This document shows, piece by piece, positions 1-9,186 of a DNA stretch of 64,000 nt (position 1 is its first letter; every line of letters starts with the position of its first letter). Under the pieces are notes generated by a model. The model saw only the letters and a program-made list of their open reading frames with translations, searched no databases and was not told the origin of the DNA. A program made the translations under genes and the position numbers. The stretch comes from Calditrichales bacterium (lineage in GTDB: Bacteria > Calditrichota > Calditrichia > Calditrichales > J004), in the NCBI GenBank assembly GCA_965267575.1, contig OZ254086.1, positions 672,001-736,000 of the forward strand, in the 5' to 3' direction.

Positions 1-742
1 CCCAGACCTGCTGCTTACGCTCACCCTGAAAATATTTATTGCGCCAGTCTTTTTTAGGAAATGTTGTCTCAGGGGTGATCGCGCCCGTTAAGCCGCCTTC
101 ATCAAACGGAACACGCGCGATCACCGCGATATTATTCTCCTGGCAGTAAGGAAAAAGCCTCTCCGCAGGACTTTGGTCAAATATATTGAAAATAACCTGA
201 ACCGAATCGATCAGTCCCGTTTCCAGCGTTTCAAGCACATTGTCCGGCTCATGGTCGTTTACGGAAATTCCCCAAAAGCGCACCTTGCCGCTTCTCTTAA
301 GCCTGTGCACGGCCTCTTTCCATTCATCGTCTCCCGCCCAGGCATCATTCCAGACGTGAAACTGCATCAGATCGAGATAATCGCGCCCAAAGTGGCGCAA
401 GCTTTTTTCCGTCTGCTCAATGATGTAAGAAGCCGGGTAAGATTCCTCGATTGTGGAATCCGCAGATGCCGGCCACTCAAATTTTTTGGAAGGAATCTTA
501 GATGTAAGAAAAAGTGGTTTTTTGGATTCCCGCTCGACTTCACCGATCAGGCGCTCGCTATGGCCATTGCCGTAAACCAAAGCCGAATCAAAGAGCGTAA
601 CGCCCAAGTCCACCGCTGTGTGCAAGGCACGCTTGGACATGGCGTCATCGCCGCCCTTCCAGATTTTTTTCCCAATGCCCCAGGCGCCAAAACCGAGCCT
701 GGACACCTGCTGAGAGGATCGTGTGAATGTTCGGTATTTCAT
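1..742 (-). CDS. Aldo/keto reductase (3' end truncated by window edge)
   Basis: Not in the ORF track. My manual translation from ATG at 742 gives MKYRTFTRSSQQVSRLGFGAWGIGKKIW...GVTLFDSALVYGNGHSE..., the typical AKR N-terminus (LGFGAW, D-x-A-x-x-Y-G). Confidence 0.88.
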   Translation of the reverse strand, partial: MKYRTFTRSSQQVSRLGFGAWGIGKKIWKGGDDAMSKRALHTAVDLGVTLFDSALVYGNGHSERLIGEVERESKKPLFLTSKIPSKKFEWPASADSTIEESYPASYIIEQTEKSLRHFGRDYLDLMQFHVWNDAWAGDDEWKEAVHRLKRSGKVRFWGISVNDHEPDNVLETLETGLIDSVQVIFNIFDQSPAERLFPYCQENNIAVIARVPFDEGGLTGAITPETTFPKKDWRNKYFQGERKQQVW

Positions 743-865
743 GTTTAGGCTAATAATGTGCTTTAGTGCTCAAACCATCATGATCATGCTATTGATCATG
801 ATCTTCCCGGCTCCAAGGCCAGGATGAACCAATAATCCGCATCTCACCCGCGCCGTTGAATCAGA

Positions 866-2161
866 TCAGTATAAATACTCTTTAAAAGCTTCAAAATCCG
901 CCGGCATTTTGTGGCTTGTCTTCTTACGGTCGAGGTATTTTTTTAATCTTTGCGGCATGTCCGGCTCTGTGCCCAGCGCCTTTTTTACGCTGTCTCCAAA
1001 CTTAGCCGGATGAGCAGTTTCGAGGAAAATACCCTGACCCTCAAAAGAGAGCGATCTGCGCGCCTTTTGTAAAGCAAGGTAGCCTACAGCACCATGCGGA
1101 TCAGACACATACCCATACCGGTCACGCATTTCCCGTATCGCCGCGAGCGTCGCATCATCATCAAAACTGAAGGCGCTGATATCCCCGCGCATTGCGGCAA
1201 TATCATCCCAGTACATCTCACGTATCCGGCCCAGATTGCTGGGATCGCCCACATCCATGGCGTTGGAAAGCGTCGGCTTTGATGCCCGCGGATTGTAAAC
1301 GCCCTTTCGCAAAAAAGCGCCAAAAACATCATTGCTATTCAGCGCCGAGACAAAGCCGGCCAGCGGCAGGCCCATCCTTTTTGCGATCAGCCCGGCGGTA
1401 AGATTACCCAGGTTTCCGCTTGGTACACACATAAGCGGTGCCGCGGCGCTTTCGGGCAATTGTGCCAAGGCATAAAAATAATAAAATGATTGCGGCAGCA
1501 GGCGCGCGATGTTAATGGAGTTTGCCGACGAGAGACGCCGCCGTTTGCGCAATTCCTTATCCAGAAAAGCGCCTTTCACCAATCTTTGGCAGTCATCAAA
1601 AGTGCCGTCCACTTCCAGAGCGCGGATATTTTTATCCAGCGTGGCGATTTGCTGCTCCTGGATGCGGCTGATTTTTCCCGACGGATAAAGTACAATCACC
1701 TCAATACCTTCTACGCCATAAAAGCCCTGGGCCACGGCACTGCCGGTATCACCGGATGTGGCCACAAGAATATGCAACGGATCATCCTGGTGGGCTATCA
1801 ACTTCTGCATCATGCGCGCCATAAAGCGGGCGCCAACGTCCTTGAAAGCCAGCGTGGGACCGTGGAAAAGCTCCAGCACGGATAGATTTTCATCGAGGCG
1901 TTTCAGCGGTATGTCAAAGTTCAGCGCGTCCTCAACAATCTCGCGCAGTTCCCGTTCCTTCAGGTCCTCACCAAAAAAAGCATGACTTCCCGCCAGGGCA
2001 ATCTCCACAAAGGAGAGGCCGGGCAAAGCAGAGAAAAAACCGGCGGGCAATTCAGGAATGCGCTGCGGCATGTAGAGACCATTATCCGGCGGGAGGCCCT
2101 GCAAAACGGCTTCCGTCAAAGAAACATGATGTGTTTTGTCGCGGGTGCTGTAATAATACAT
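866..2161 (-). CDS. thrC: Threonine synthase
   Basis: ELFHGPTLAFKDVG (PLP lysine), ATSGDTG, SANSINIARL, PSGNLGN and TAHPAKF. Start placed at MYYYSTR (2161), just after the LOG stop. Confidence 0.96.
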   Translation of the reverse strand: MYYYSTRDKTHHVSLTEAVLQGLPPDNGLYMPQRIPELPAGFFSALPGLSFVEIALAGSHAFFGEDLKERELREIVEDALNFDIPLKRLDENLSVLELFHGPTLAFKDVGARFMARMMQKLIAHQDDPLHILVATSGDTGSAVAQGFYGVEGIEVIVLYPSGKISRIQEQQIATLDKNIRALEVDGTFDDCQRLVKGAFLDKELRKRRRLSSANSINIARLLPQSFYYFYALAQLPESAAAPLMCVPSGNLGNLTAGLIAKRMGLPLAGFVSALNSNDVFGAFLRKGVYNPRASKPTLSNAMDVGDPSNLGRIREMYWDDIAAMRGDISAFSFDDDATLAAIREMRDRYGYVSDPHGAVGYLALQKARRSLSFEGQGIFLETAHPAKFGDSVKKALGTEPDMPQRLKKYLDRKKTSHKMPADFEAFKEYLY

Positions 2162-2163
2162 GG

Positions 2164-2745
2164 TCAGATTTGTTTGCGGTCGATCCACTTTTCGGCGTGC
2201 ACGGGCGGGGCGGCGGCCAGTTTTTGCAACAGCGTTTCAGCATCCGAATCCACGTGCAGCATAGCTCGGTGTTCGCTGCGCACAAAACCGTTCTCAACAG
2301 CGCCATCCAGAAAGGCAATCAGATTGCTGAAATAGCCGTTTGTGTTAAGCAGCCCAACCGGTTTGCGGTGCAGGCCAAGCTGTGCCCAGGTCAGTGTTTC
2401 AAAAAGCTCGTCCAGGGTGCCCATGCCGCCGGGCATAGCGATAAAGGCATCGGAGAGATCGTAAATCATGGCTTTGCGCCGGTGCATGGTTTCGACTACA
2501 TGCAATTCGGTGAGTTGTTCGTGACCTACCTCTTTTTCCAGCAAGGCGCGGGGAATAACCCCGTAAACGCGTCGATTGTTTTGCAGCATGGCGTCAGCCA
2601 GAACGCCCATCAGGCCGACTTTGCCGCCACCGTAAACAAGATCGTATCCCTGCCCCGCCAGGGCCTTGGCCATATCAACGGCGGCTTGTTTAAAAACCGG
2701 GAAACGCCCGGGACCGGATGCACAAAAGACGGCCACATTTTTCAC
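2164..2745 (-). CDS. LOG family (TIGR00730-type) nucleotide phosphoribohydrolase
   Basis: VYGGGKVGLMG, MHRRKAM and the PGGMGTLDELFE LOG signature. GTG start overlaps the thrB stop. Confidence 0.93.
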   Translation of the reverse strand: MKNVAVFCASGPGRFPVFKQAAVDMAKALAGQGYDLVYGGGKVGLMGVLADAMLQNNRRVYGVIPRALLEKEVGHEQLTELHVVETMHRRKAMIYDLSDAFIAMPGGMGTLDELFETLTWAQLGLHRKPVGLLNTNGYFSNLIAFLDGAVENGFVRSEHRAMLHVDSDAETLLQKLAAAPPVHAEKWIDRKQI

Positions 2746-3689
2746 GCGCCCTCGCCTTGTTGTGTGATCAGCGCGCCTCGGCTGCGAATCTGTCCAAAAT
2801 AGTTTTCGGAAGGCGTTTTCTCTTTTTCATAAACTTCGGCCATGGCCCTAGCCACCTTGCGTGCCACGTGGTTGCCGCGGCAAAAGGCAAACATGGCCGG
2901 CCCGCTTCCGGAAATGGTAACAGCCAGCGCGCCGTTGGTCAGCGCGGCCTTTTTTACACGCTCGTAACAGGGTATAAACTGGGCACGCACCGGTTCCGCC
3001 ACATGGTCGTGCACGGCACGGGCAAGCAGGTTAAGATTGCGCGTATGCAGGGCATGTACCACGGCGGCCGTATCGGCCCATTGGGCCACGGCATTTTTAA
3101 GCGTAATGCTTCCGGGCAGGGCAGCGCGCGCCTGGGCCGTGTTCACTTTTACATCCGGCCGCACAACGGCGTAGTATAAATTGGGCGGAACAGGCAAACG
3201 GAACACATCCGCTTCCTTGGCCCGGCGCACCAGCATAAAGCCGCCCAGAAGAGATGGCGCGGCGTTATCGGCATGGGCACTGCCGCTCACCTTTTTTTCC
3301 GCTGCAATAACAAACGGTAACAGCTGGCGCGGCGAGAGGCGTAAATTGAGCAGCCGGTTTACGGCAGTCACCGCGGCGGCGGCACTGGCAGCGCTGGAAC
3401 CGAGGCCGCTGTTCAGCGGAACGTTTTTATGCAAAACCAGGTCAACGGACGTATCACTACGGCCGACGTTTTTAAGAAGCTCTGATACGGCAATCCCGGC
3501 GGTATTTTCCGCGCTGTCGCTGGTCAGTTCGCCACCGTCTCCTTCAATTGCGCTGATGTTTACGCCGCCGTTCTTACCCAGCCGGGCGGTTACTTCGTCT
3601 CCCGGTCCGTCGATGGCGAAACCGAACACATCAAAACCACAGCCCACGTTGGATACGCTGGCCGGGGCGAAAGCAGTTATGCTGTTCAT
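2742..3689 (-). CDS. thrB: Homoserine kinase
   Basis: PASVSNVGCGFD, GHMP motif PLNSGLGSSAAS, HADNAAP and ISGSGP. Lies in the thr operon. Confidence 0.95.
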   Translation of the reverse strand: MNSITAFAPASVSNVGCGFDVFGFAIDGPGDEVTARLGKNGGVNISAIEGDGGELTSDSAENTAGIAVSELLKNVGRSDTSVDLVLHKNVPLNSGLGSSAASAAAAVTAVNRLLNLRLSPRQLLPFVIAAEKKVSGSAHADNAAPSLLGGFMLVRRAKEADVFRLPVPPNLYYAVVRPDVKVNTAQARAALPGSITLKNAVAQWADTAAVVHALHTRNLNLLARAVHDHVAEPVRAQFIPCYERVKKAALTNGALAVTISGSGPAMFAFCRGNHVARKVARAMAEVYEKEKTPSENYFGQIRSRGALITQQGEGA

Positions 3690-4732
3690 GACGCGATTAG
3701 TCCTTTCTTTAGCAGCAGCTCGGCATTCAGCAAGGCGCCGCCCGCCGCTCCACGGATTGTATTATGTACCAGCAGGTTAAATTTATAATCCAGCAGCGGA
3801 CATTCCTGCAAACGGCCGGTGCTAACCGCCATGCCACCTTCCAGGTTGCGATGAAGGCGTGGCTGCGGATACCAACGATTTTCAAAATATGTTACAGGCC
3901 GGCGTGGCGCGGAAGGCAATCCCAATTCCTGCGGCACACCGCGAAACTCATTCCAGGCGGCGATTATATCTTCCGCCGCTGCCCTTTTTTTCAACTTAAC
4001 GGAGACACACTCCAGGTGACCGTCGCGCACACTTACGCGGTTGCACTGGGCGCTGATCTTCATGTCGGCCGGGACAAACGAATCACCCTGCAGTTTGCCA
4101 AAAATCTTGGCCGGTTCGATCTCCATTTTCTCTTCCTCGCCACCGATATGAGGGATGACATTATCCAGGATATCCAGCGAGGACACACCGGGATAACCGG
4201 CCCCGGAAAGGGCCTGCATGGTCACCACGTGCAGCGCTTCCACGCCGAAACGATCGACCAGCGGCTTGAGCGCCATAACCAGCCCAACCGTGCTGCAATT
4301 GGGATTGGTCACAATCGCGCCACGGCCATATTTTTGTTTTTTTATAATTTCTGCATGATCGCCGTTTACCTCCGGCACCAGCAGCGGCACATCTCCGCGC
4401 ATGCGATGGTTGCGCGCGTTGGAAACGACGATGTATCCGGCCCAAGCAAATTCTTCTTCTATTTCGCCGGCCACGGATGAATCCAGACCGGAAAAGGCGA
4501 TGCGCCCCTTTAAACCGGGAGCACAAGCCTGCACGGGCATCTGCGCGACGTGGCTGTCCAGCGGTGCATCACCCTGCCAGCGCGCGGCTTCACCGTAGCT
4601 CTTACCCGCCGAACGGTCGGACGCACCGAGGGAAGCTATCCGGAACCAGGGATGCTGCTGCAGCAGTTCCACGAACTTTTGCCCCACACTGCCTGTGGCG
4701 CCGAGAACCGTTACGTCTATTTTATCTGCCAT
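3686..4732 (-). CDS. asd: Aspartate-semialdehyde dehydrogenase (archaeal/eukaryotic-like subtype)
   Basis: LGATGSVGQ, NPNCST (catalytic Cys), QALSGAG, CNRV, GHLE and HNTIRGAAGGALLNAE. Confidence 0.95.
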   Translation of the reverse strand: MADKIDVTVLGATGSVGQKFVELLQQHPWFRIASLGASDRSAGKSYGEAARWQGDAPLDSHVAQMPVQACAPGLKGRIAFSGLDSSVAGEIEEEFAWAGYIVVSNARNHRMRGDVPLLVPEVNGDHAEIIKKQKYGRGAIVTNPNCSTVGLVMALKPLVDRFGVEALHVVTMQALSGAGYPGVSSLDILDNVIPHIGGEEEKMEIEPAKIFGKLQGDSFVPADMKISAQCNRVSVRDGHLECVSVKLKKRAAAEDIIAAWNEFRGVPQELGLPSAPRRPVTYFENRWYPQPRLHRNLEGGMAVSTGRLQECPLLDYKFNLLVHNTIRGAAGGALLNAELLLKKGLIAS

Positions 4733-7163
4733 TCAATTTGTCCATGATCGAAAGTATATCATTAAGAACCCCTTGCGCCGTTACCTCTTTGCCGGCACCC
4801 GTCCCACGGATAACCAGCGGCGAGTCGCTGTAGTAACGGCTGTAAATCGCCAGCATATTATCACTGCCGGAGAGCGTGTAAAAAGGATCGTCCTTTCCCA
4901 CCTGTTGCAACGATGCCACGATACCCTTTTCATCGTAGCGGGCGATAAAGCGTAAACGCTTACCTTGCTTGCCGGCATCCTCGTGCAGGGCCCTAAAATA
5001 ATCATCAGAAGCTTCAAGTGCCGTAAAAAAAGTAACGACGTCGGGCGCGGCCGTGCAGGCGGGCGGCAAAAAGCCTTCCAGGCGCACATTTTTCCAGCGT
5101 TTTTGTGCCCCCGCAAGCCTCGCCAGAATCAGTATTTTTCGGGCCGCGTCGATACCACTCAGGTCGATACGCGGGTCCGGTTCGGTAAAGCCCATTTTTT
5201 TTGCTTTTTTAACCAGCTTACTGAACGGCGCGCTGCCGTCGTACTGATTGAACAGCCAGCTAAGCGTTCCGGATAATACCCCCTCAATGCGCGTAACTTT
5301 ATCGCCGCCGTTGGTTAAAAGCCGGATGGCATGCAGAGCGGGCAGCCCCGCTCCCGCAGTAGCCTCATAAGCCAGGTGTGCGTTGTTGTCTGAAGCCTGT
5401 TTTTTGAGCTTAGGCCATTCGTCGCCGGCAAAAGCGATTTTGTTGGCTGCCGCTATATGAACGCCCCGTTTTACAATCTCACCATAGCGTGAAGCCACCT
5501 CTTCGCTTGCGCTTACGTCAATAAAAATGTCATCTCTGCTCATGGCCGAAACAAATGCGCTGAGGTCTGCTTTTTTACCCTGTTTGTCGAGAAGCGTTAT
5601 CGCGCCGTCATAGCCCAGAGCTTTTTCGGAAATAACCATCCTGCGGCTGTTGCAAATGGCGTGAAGTGTCAGGCGTTTGTCATTCTGGGCGTTGAGCTGG
5701 CGCAATAGCTCGCGACCGATTTGCCCGCTGCCGGCAATGAAAAGCCTGCCTTTTTGTGTTGTTTTGCCCTCTTCAAAAAAGGCGCGGTGCAGCACATTAA
5801 GCGCCTGCTTCTGGTCCTCTTTGCGGATCACCAGCGAAATATTGAGCTCTGATGAACCCTGGGCCATGGCCACCACGTTTATGCCGACGCTGCCCAGCGC
5901 GTGGAACAGACGCCCGGCAATTCCCGGTGTGTGACGCATACGTTGGCCCACAACAGCCACCGCGGACAGGCCCGTTTCCATCTTGACCGGATCAATTTCG
6001 TGGAGCTGGATTTCAGGCCGAAAGGTGCTTTCAATAACCTTGCGTGCCAGCACGGCATCTTCGGGCTTGAGGCCGACACAAATTGAATGCTCGGATGAGG
6101 CCTGCGTAATCAGGATAACGTTGATCTCTTTCTGGGCCAGCGCCTGGAACAAGCGCGCCGCGACTCCGGGCACGCCAACCATGCCGCTGCCCTGTATCGT
6201 GATCAGCGCCACCTGGTCAATCGCCGTAAGCCCCGTTAACGGACCGAGTGTAGCATCGGCTTCGGATGAGATGAGCGTACCTTCAAAGGCCAGATCGAAT
6301 GTGTTGCGGATGCGGATGGGTATTTTCTTCTCCAGCGCCGGTTGAATGGTTGGCGGATGCAGCACCTTGGCGCCAAAATGAGAAAGCTCCATCGCCTCAT
6401 CATAAGTCAGCTTGTGCAGGGAAAAGGCGTTCTTTACGAGGGCAGGATTGGTTGTCATAACACCGCTTACGTCCGTCCAGATCTCTATTTCCCGGGCATC
6501 GAGCGCGGCGCCCAGCAAAGAAGCCGTATAGTCCGAGCCACCGCGACCCAGCGTGGTTGTAACGCCGTTATGCGTTGAGGCAATAAACCCTGTAACCACG
6601 GGCATCTCCGGGCCATCGGCAAAATATTCGCGCATGTTGGAATAGCTGGTGGCAATATCCACGTGGGCTTCGCCAAACTGCTCATCTGTAAAGACAAGCT
6701 GCCGGGCATCCACCATGGCGGCATCTTTGCCCTCTTCGGCCAAAAAACCGGCAATAATGCTGGCCGATAAACGCTCGCCAAAACTGAGTATAAAATCGCG
6801 CGTCCGCGGCGAACATTCGCGCAACAAAAATGCGCCATGTATAATTTCAGAAAGCTCATTCAGCAGCGGGGCGATCGCTTCCTCGGTCTGTTTTGCCTTT
6901 TTGCTGAGTAAGGCGGCGATCATTTCTTTGTGCCGCGCCCGCAACAGCTCCAGCTCATCCTGGTAGGCTGCATCGCGCTTTACGGCAAGATCGCTGATAC
7001 GCACAAGCTGGTTTGTAACACCACTGAAGGCGCTGACCACCAGAATAGCACGCCGGCCGCCAGCCAGGCGTTCGTTTACAATTTTATTAATGACGCGAAT
7101 GCTCTCCGGTTTGCCGACAGACGTACCGCCAAACTTGAGAATATGTAATGAAGCCAATGCCAT
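4722..7163 (-). CDS. thrA: Bifunctional aspartokinase/homoserine dehydrogenase
   Basis: KFGGTSV, TTLGRGGSD, two ACT domains (QASSEHSI, QGSSELNI), then an HSDH domain (GSGQIG, ANK, YEATAGAGLP, SGT, EPDPRIDLSG). Confidence 0.95.
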   Translation of the reverse strand: MALASLHILKFGGTSVGKPESIRVINKIVNERLAGGRRAILVVSAFSGVTNQLVRISDLAVKRDAAYQDELELLRARHKEMIAALLSKKAKQTEEAIAPLLNELSEIIHGAFLLRECSPRTRDFILSFGERLSASIIAGFLAEEGKDAAMVDARQLVFTDEQFGEAHVDIATSYSNMREYFADGPEMPVVTGFIASTHNGVTTTLGRGGSDYTASLLGAALDAREIEIWTDVSGVMTTNPALVKNAFSLHKLTYDEAMELSHFGAKVLHPPTIQPALEKKIPIRIRNTFDLAFEGTLISSEADATLGPLTGLTAIDQVALITIQGSGMVGVPGVAARLFQALAQKEINVILITQASSEHSICVGLKPEDAVLARKVIESTFRPEIQLHEIDPVKMETGLSAVAVVGQRMRHTPGIAGRLFHALGSVGINVVAMAQGSSELNISLVIRKEDQKQALNVLHRAFFEEGKTTQKGRLFIAGSGQIGRELLRQLNAQNDKRLTLHAICNSRRMVISEKALGYDGAITLLDKQGKKADLSAFVSAMSRDDIFIDVSASEEVASRYGEIVKRGVHIAAANKIAFAGDEWPKLKKQASDNNAHLAYEATAGAGLPALHAIRLLTNGGDKVTRIEGVLSGTLSWLFNQYDGSAPFSKLVKKAKKMGFTEPDPRIDLSGIDAARKILILARLAGAQKRWKNVRLEGFLPPACTAAPDVVTFFTALEASDDYFRALHEDAGKQGKRLRFIARYDEKGIVASLQQVGKDDPFYTLSGSDNMLAIYSRYYSDSPLVIRGTGAGKEVTAQGVLNDILSIMDKLNGR

Positions 7164-7273
7164 GGTATAAAACTAATCCCCCCTCTGGCGCCGGCATTGC
7201 GACGCTTATTTAAGACAATACCGCCGGAACGGCAGTAATTAAAAACCAGATTAATTCAATCGAGCAAGTTGTT

Positions 7274-9049
7274 TTAAAAATACATCCAGTAGATCAATCC
7301 GATACCAAGAATGCTTACAATAACCTGCAACGGTATGCCAACACGCAGAAAATCGCTGGTATGATAACGACCCGGACCCATCACCATCAGGTTGGTCTGG
7401 TAGCTTATCGGCGTCATAAAACTGGTTGACGCTGCTATGGTTAATGTAAGTATAAATGGCCTTGGGTCCAGACCCATTTCTCCCGCAACTGAAAAAGCGA
7501 CAGGAAAAACCAGCGCTGCCGTGGCGTTGTTGGTCATAACGTTGGTATATAAACTGGCAACCAGAAAAATGCCGGCCATTACGCCGGGCACGCCAAAAAC
7601 ACTGCCCACCGCGATTACACCCCGTGCCAGTGTATCTGCCAGGCCGCTGGCCTGCATAGCTTCGGCAATACCAAAAGCGGAAGCGATGATCAGCAAAACC
7701 CGTACATCGATAGAGGCCTGCGCTTCTTCGCGCGTGATGGTTCCCGTTAACAGCAGGGCCACCACGGCAAGCGCCGCCGCCGGAAAAATATTCATCGCGC
7801 CGCTTACCACCAGCGCTATCATGGTCAGCATAAGGCCGATGGTCAGAATGCCCTGCCAGCGCGGACGTGATCCTATCGGTTCCGACTCCGAGATCAGATA
7901 AAAATCGCGCGAGTGGTACCACTTTTTCTGGAAACCTTTGTGGGCCAGCAGCAGCAGCGTATCGCCCTCCTGCAAAACGATATCCCCGATCTTGCGGCGC
8001 ATGCGTTCGCCGTTGCGGTGAATGGCCACGATGACCGCGTCGTACTGCGCACGGAAGTTGCTGCGGCGGACGTTTTTGCCCACCAGCGGCGAGCTTTTGG
8101 AAATCACCGCCTCATAAGGGCGGATCATCGACGAATCATATTGTTTCAAATCGAAATGCGAGTCTTTCAGCAGCTCCAGCCCCGGTGTTTTCTGCAATTC
8201 AAGGATCGTTTTGGGCAGCCCGGTGAAATACAAGCGGTCACCCGGAAGGATCAATCCATCGGGACGCGCCGGCGCGATCACCCGGCCGTTGCGCTCAATC
8301 TGGAACAAAAACAATCCGTTCAGGTGGCGCAAACCGGCCTGTTCGATTGTTTTACCGACATGGGCGTATTCGTTGGCTACTTTCAGTTCAATTACAAATT
8401 CGCGCGTATCCTCTCCGACGCTTTCAATGAACTCACGATGATCCGGCAAACGGCGGTGGCCATAAAAAATAAGATAGAACAAGCCCACCAACGCGATGGG
8501 AATGCCGATTGGCGCCAGCTCAAACATTTTTAGGCCGGGCATACCAAAATCCAGCATCAAACCGTAAATAATCAGGTTGGTGGATGTGCCGATCAGCGTA
8601 CACATGCCACCCAGAATCGCGGCGAAGCTGACCGGGATCAAAAGCTTGGAACTGGCCGCGCCCGTCCGCTCAGCCCAGGAACGCAACGCCGGGATAAGAA
8701 TGGCCACCAGCGGCGTGTTGTTAATAAAGGCCGAAAAACCGGCCACCGGAAAAAGAACACGGCTGAGCGTGTAGCTCATGGAACGTTCGCTCGAGCCAAA
8801 AAGCGATGTGCTTATTTTGCGTACGAGGCCCGTACTCTGCAGCGCGCCGGCCATGATGAACAGCAACGCGATGGAAAGCATACCCTCGTTGGAAAAACCG
8901 GAAATGGCCGTACGGATATCAATCACGCCACCCAGCATAAGCGCCAGCAAGGATGAAAAAATAATGATCTCTGTCGAAAGCCATTCACGCAACAATGCCG
9001 CGCTCATTAAAACAAGCACGGCCGCCGTAAACCAGAAGTCGAAGCCCAT
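7274..9049 (-). CDS. SLC13/DASS-family permease with two TrkA-C (RCK_C) domains
   Basis: SAFINNTP, GGMCTLIGTSTN, TNNAT and TPISYQTNLMV, with a central soluble tandem RCK_C region. Confidence 0.9.
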   Translation of the reverse strand: MGFDFWFTAAVLVLMSAALLREWLSTEIIIFSSLLALMLGGVIDIRTAISGFSNEGMLSIALLFIMAGALQSTGLVRKISTSLFGSSERSMSYTLSRVLFPVAGFSAFINNTPLVAILIPALRSWAERTGAASSKLLIPVSFAAILGGMCTLIGTSTNLIIYGLMLDFGMPGLKMFELAPIGIPIALVGLFYLIFYGHRRLPDHREFIESVGEDTREFVIELKVANEYAHVGKTIEQAGLRHLNGLFLFQIERNGRVIAPARPDGLILPGDRLYFTGLPKTILELQKTPGLELLKDSHFDLKQYDSSMIRPYEAVISKSSPLVGKNVRRSNFRAQYDAVIVAIHRNGERMRRKIGDIVLQEGDTLLLLAHKGFQKKWYHSRDFYLISESEPIGSRPRWQGILTIGLMLTMIALVVSGAMNIFPAAALAVVALLLTGTITREEAQASIDVRVLLIIASAFGIAEAMQASGLADTLARGVIAVGSVFGVPGVMAGIFLVASLYTNVMTNNATAALVFPVAFSVAGEMGLDPRPFILTLTIAASTSFMTPISYQTNLMVMGPGRYHTSDFLRVGIPLQVIVSILGIGLIYWMYF

Positions 9050-9186
9050 AAGTCTCTGTATTATTGGGTGAGATGGAAAATTAGGGGTTGTTGGGGAATG
9101 ATGCTAAAAAATCTTATGGCGGCTGATTCTACTGTGCGACGTCGTTAACGCTGGTCAGCGAATGATTAGGAGAATGAGAAAAAAAA

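Noticed and set aside
173-748. 191-aa plus-strand ORF
   Set aside because: Antisense shadow of the aldo/keto reductase on the minus strand; no recognisable motifs.
7164-7273. Thr/Ile leader-peptide attenuator upstream of thrA
   Set aside because: I found no Thr/Ile-rich short ORF or terminator/antiterminator pair, only one small GC hairpin.
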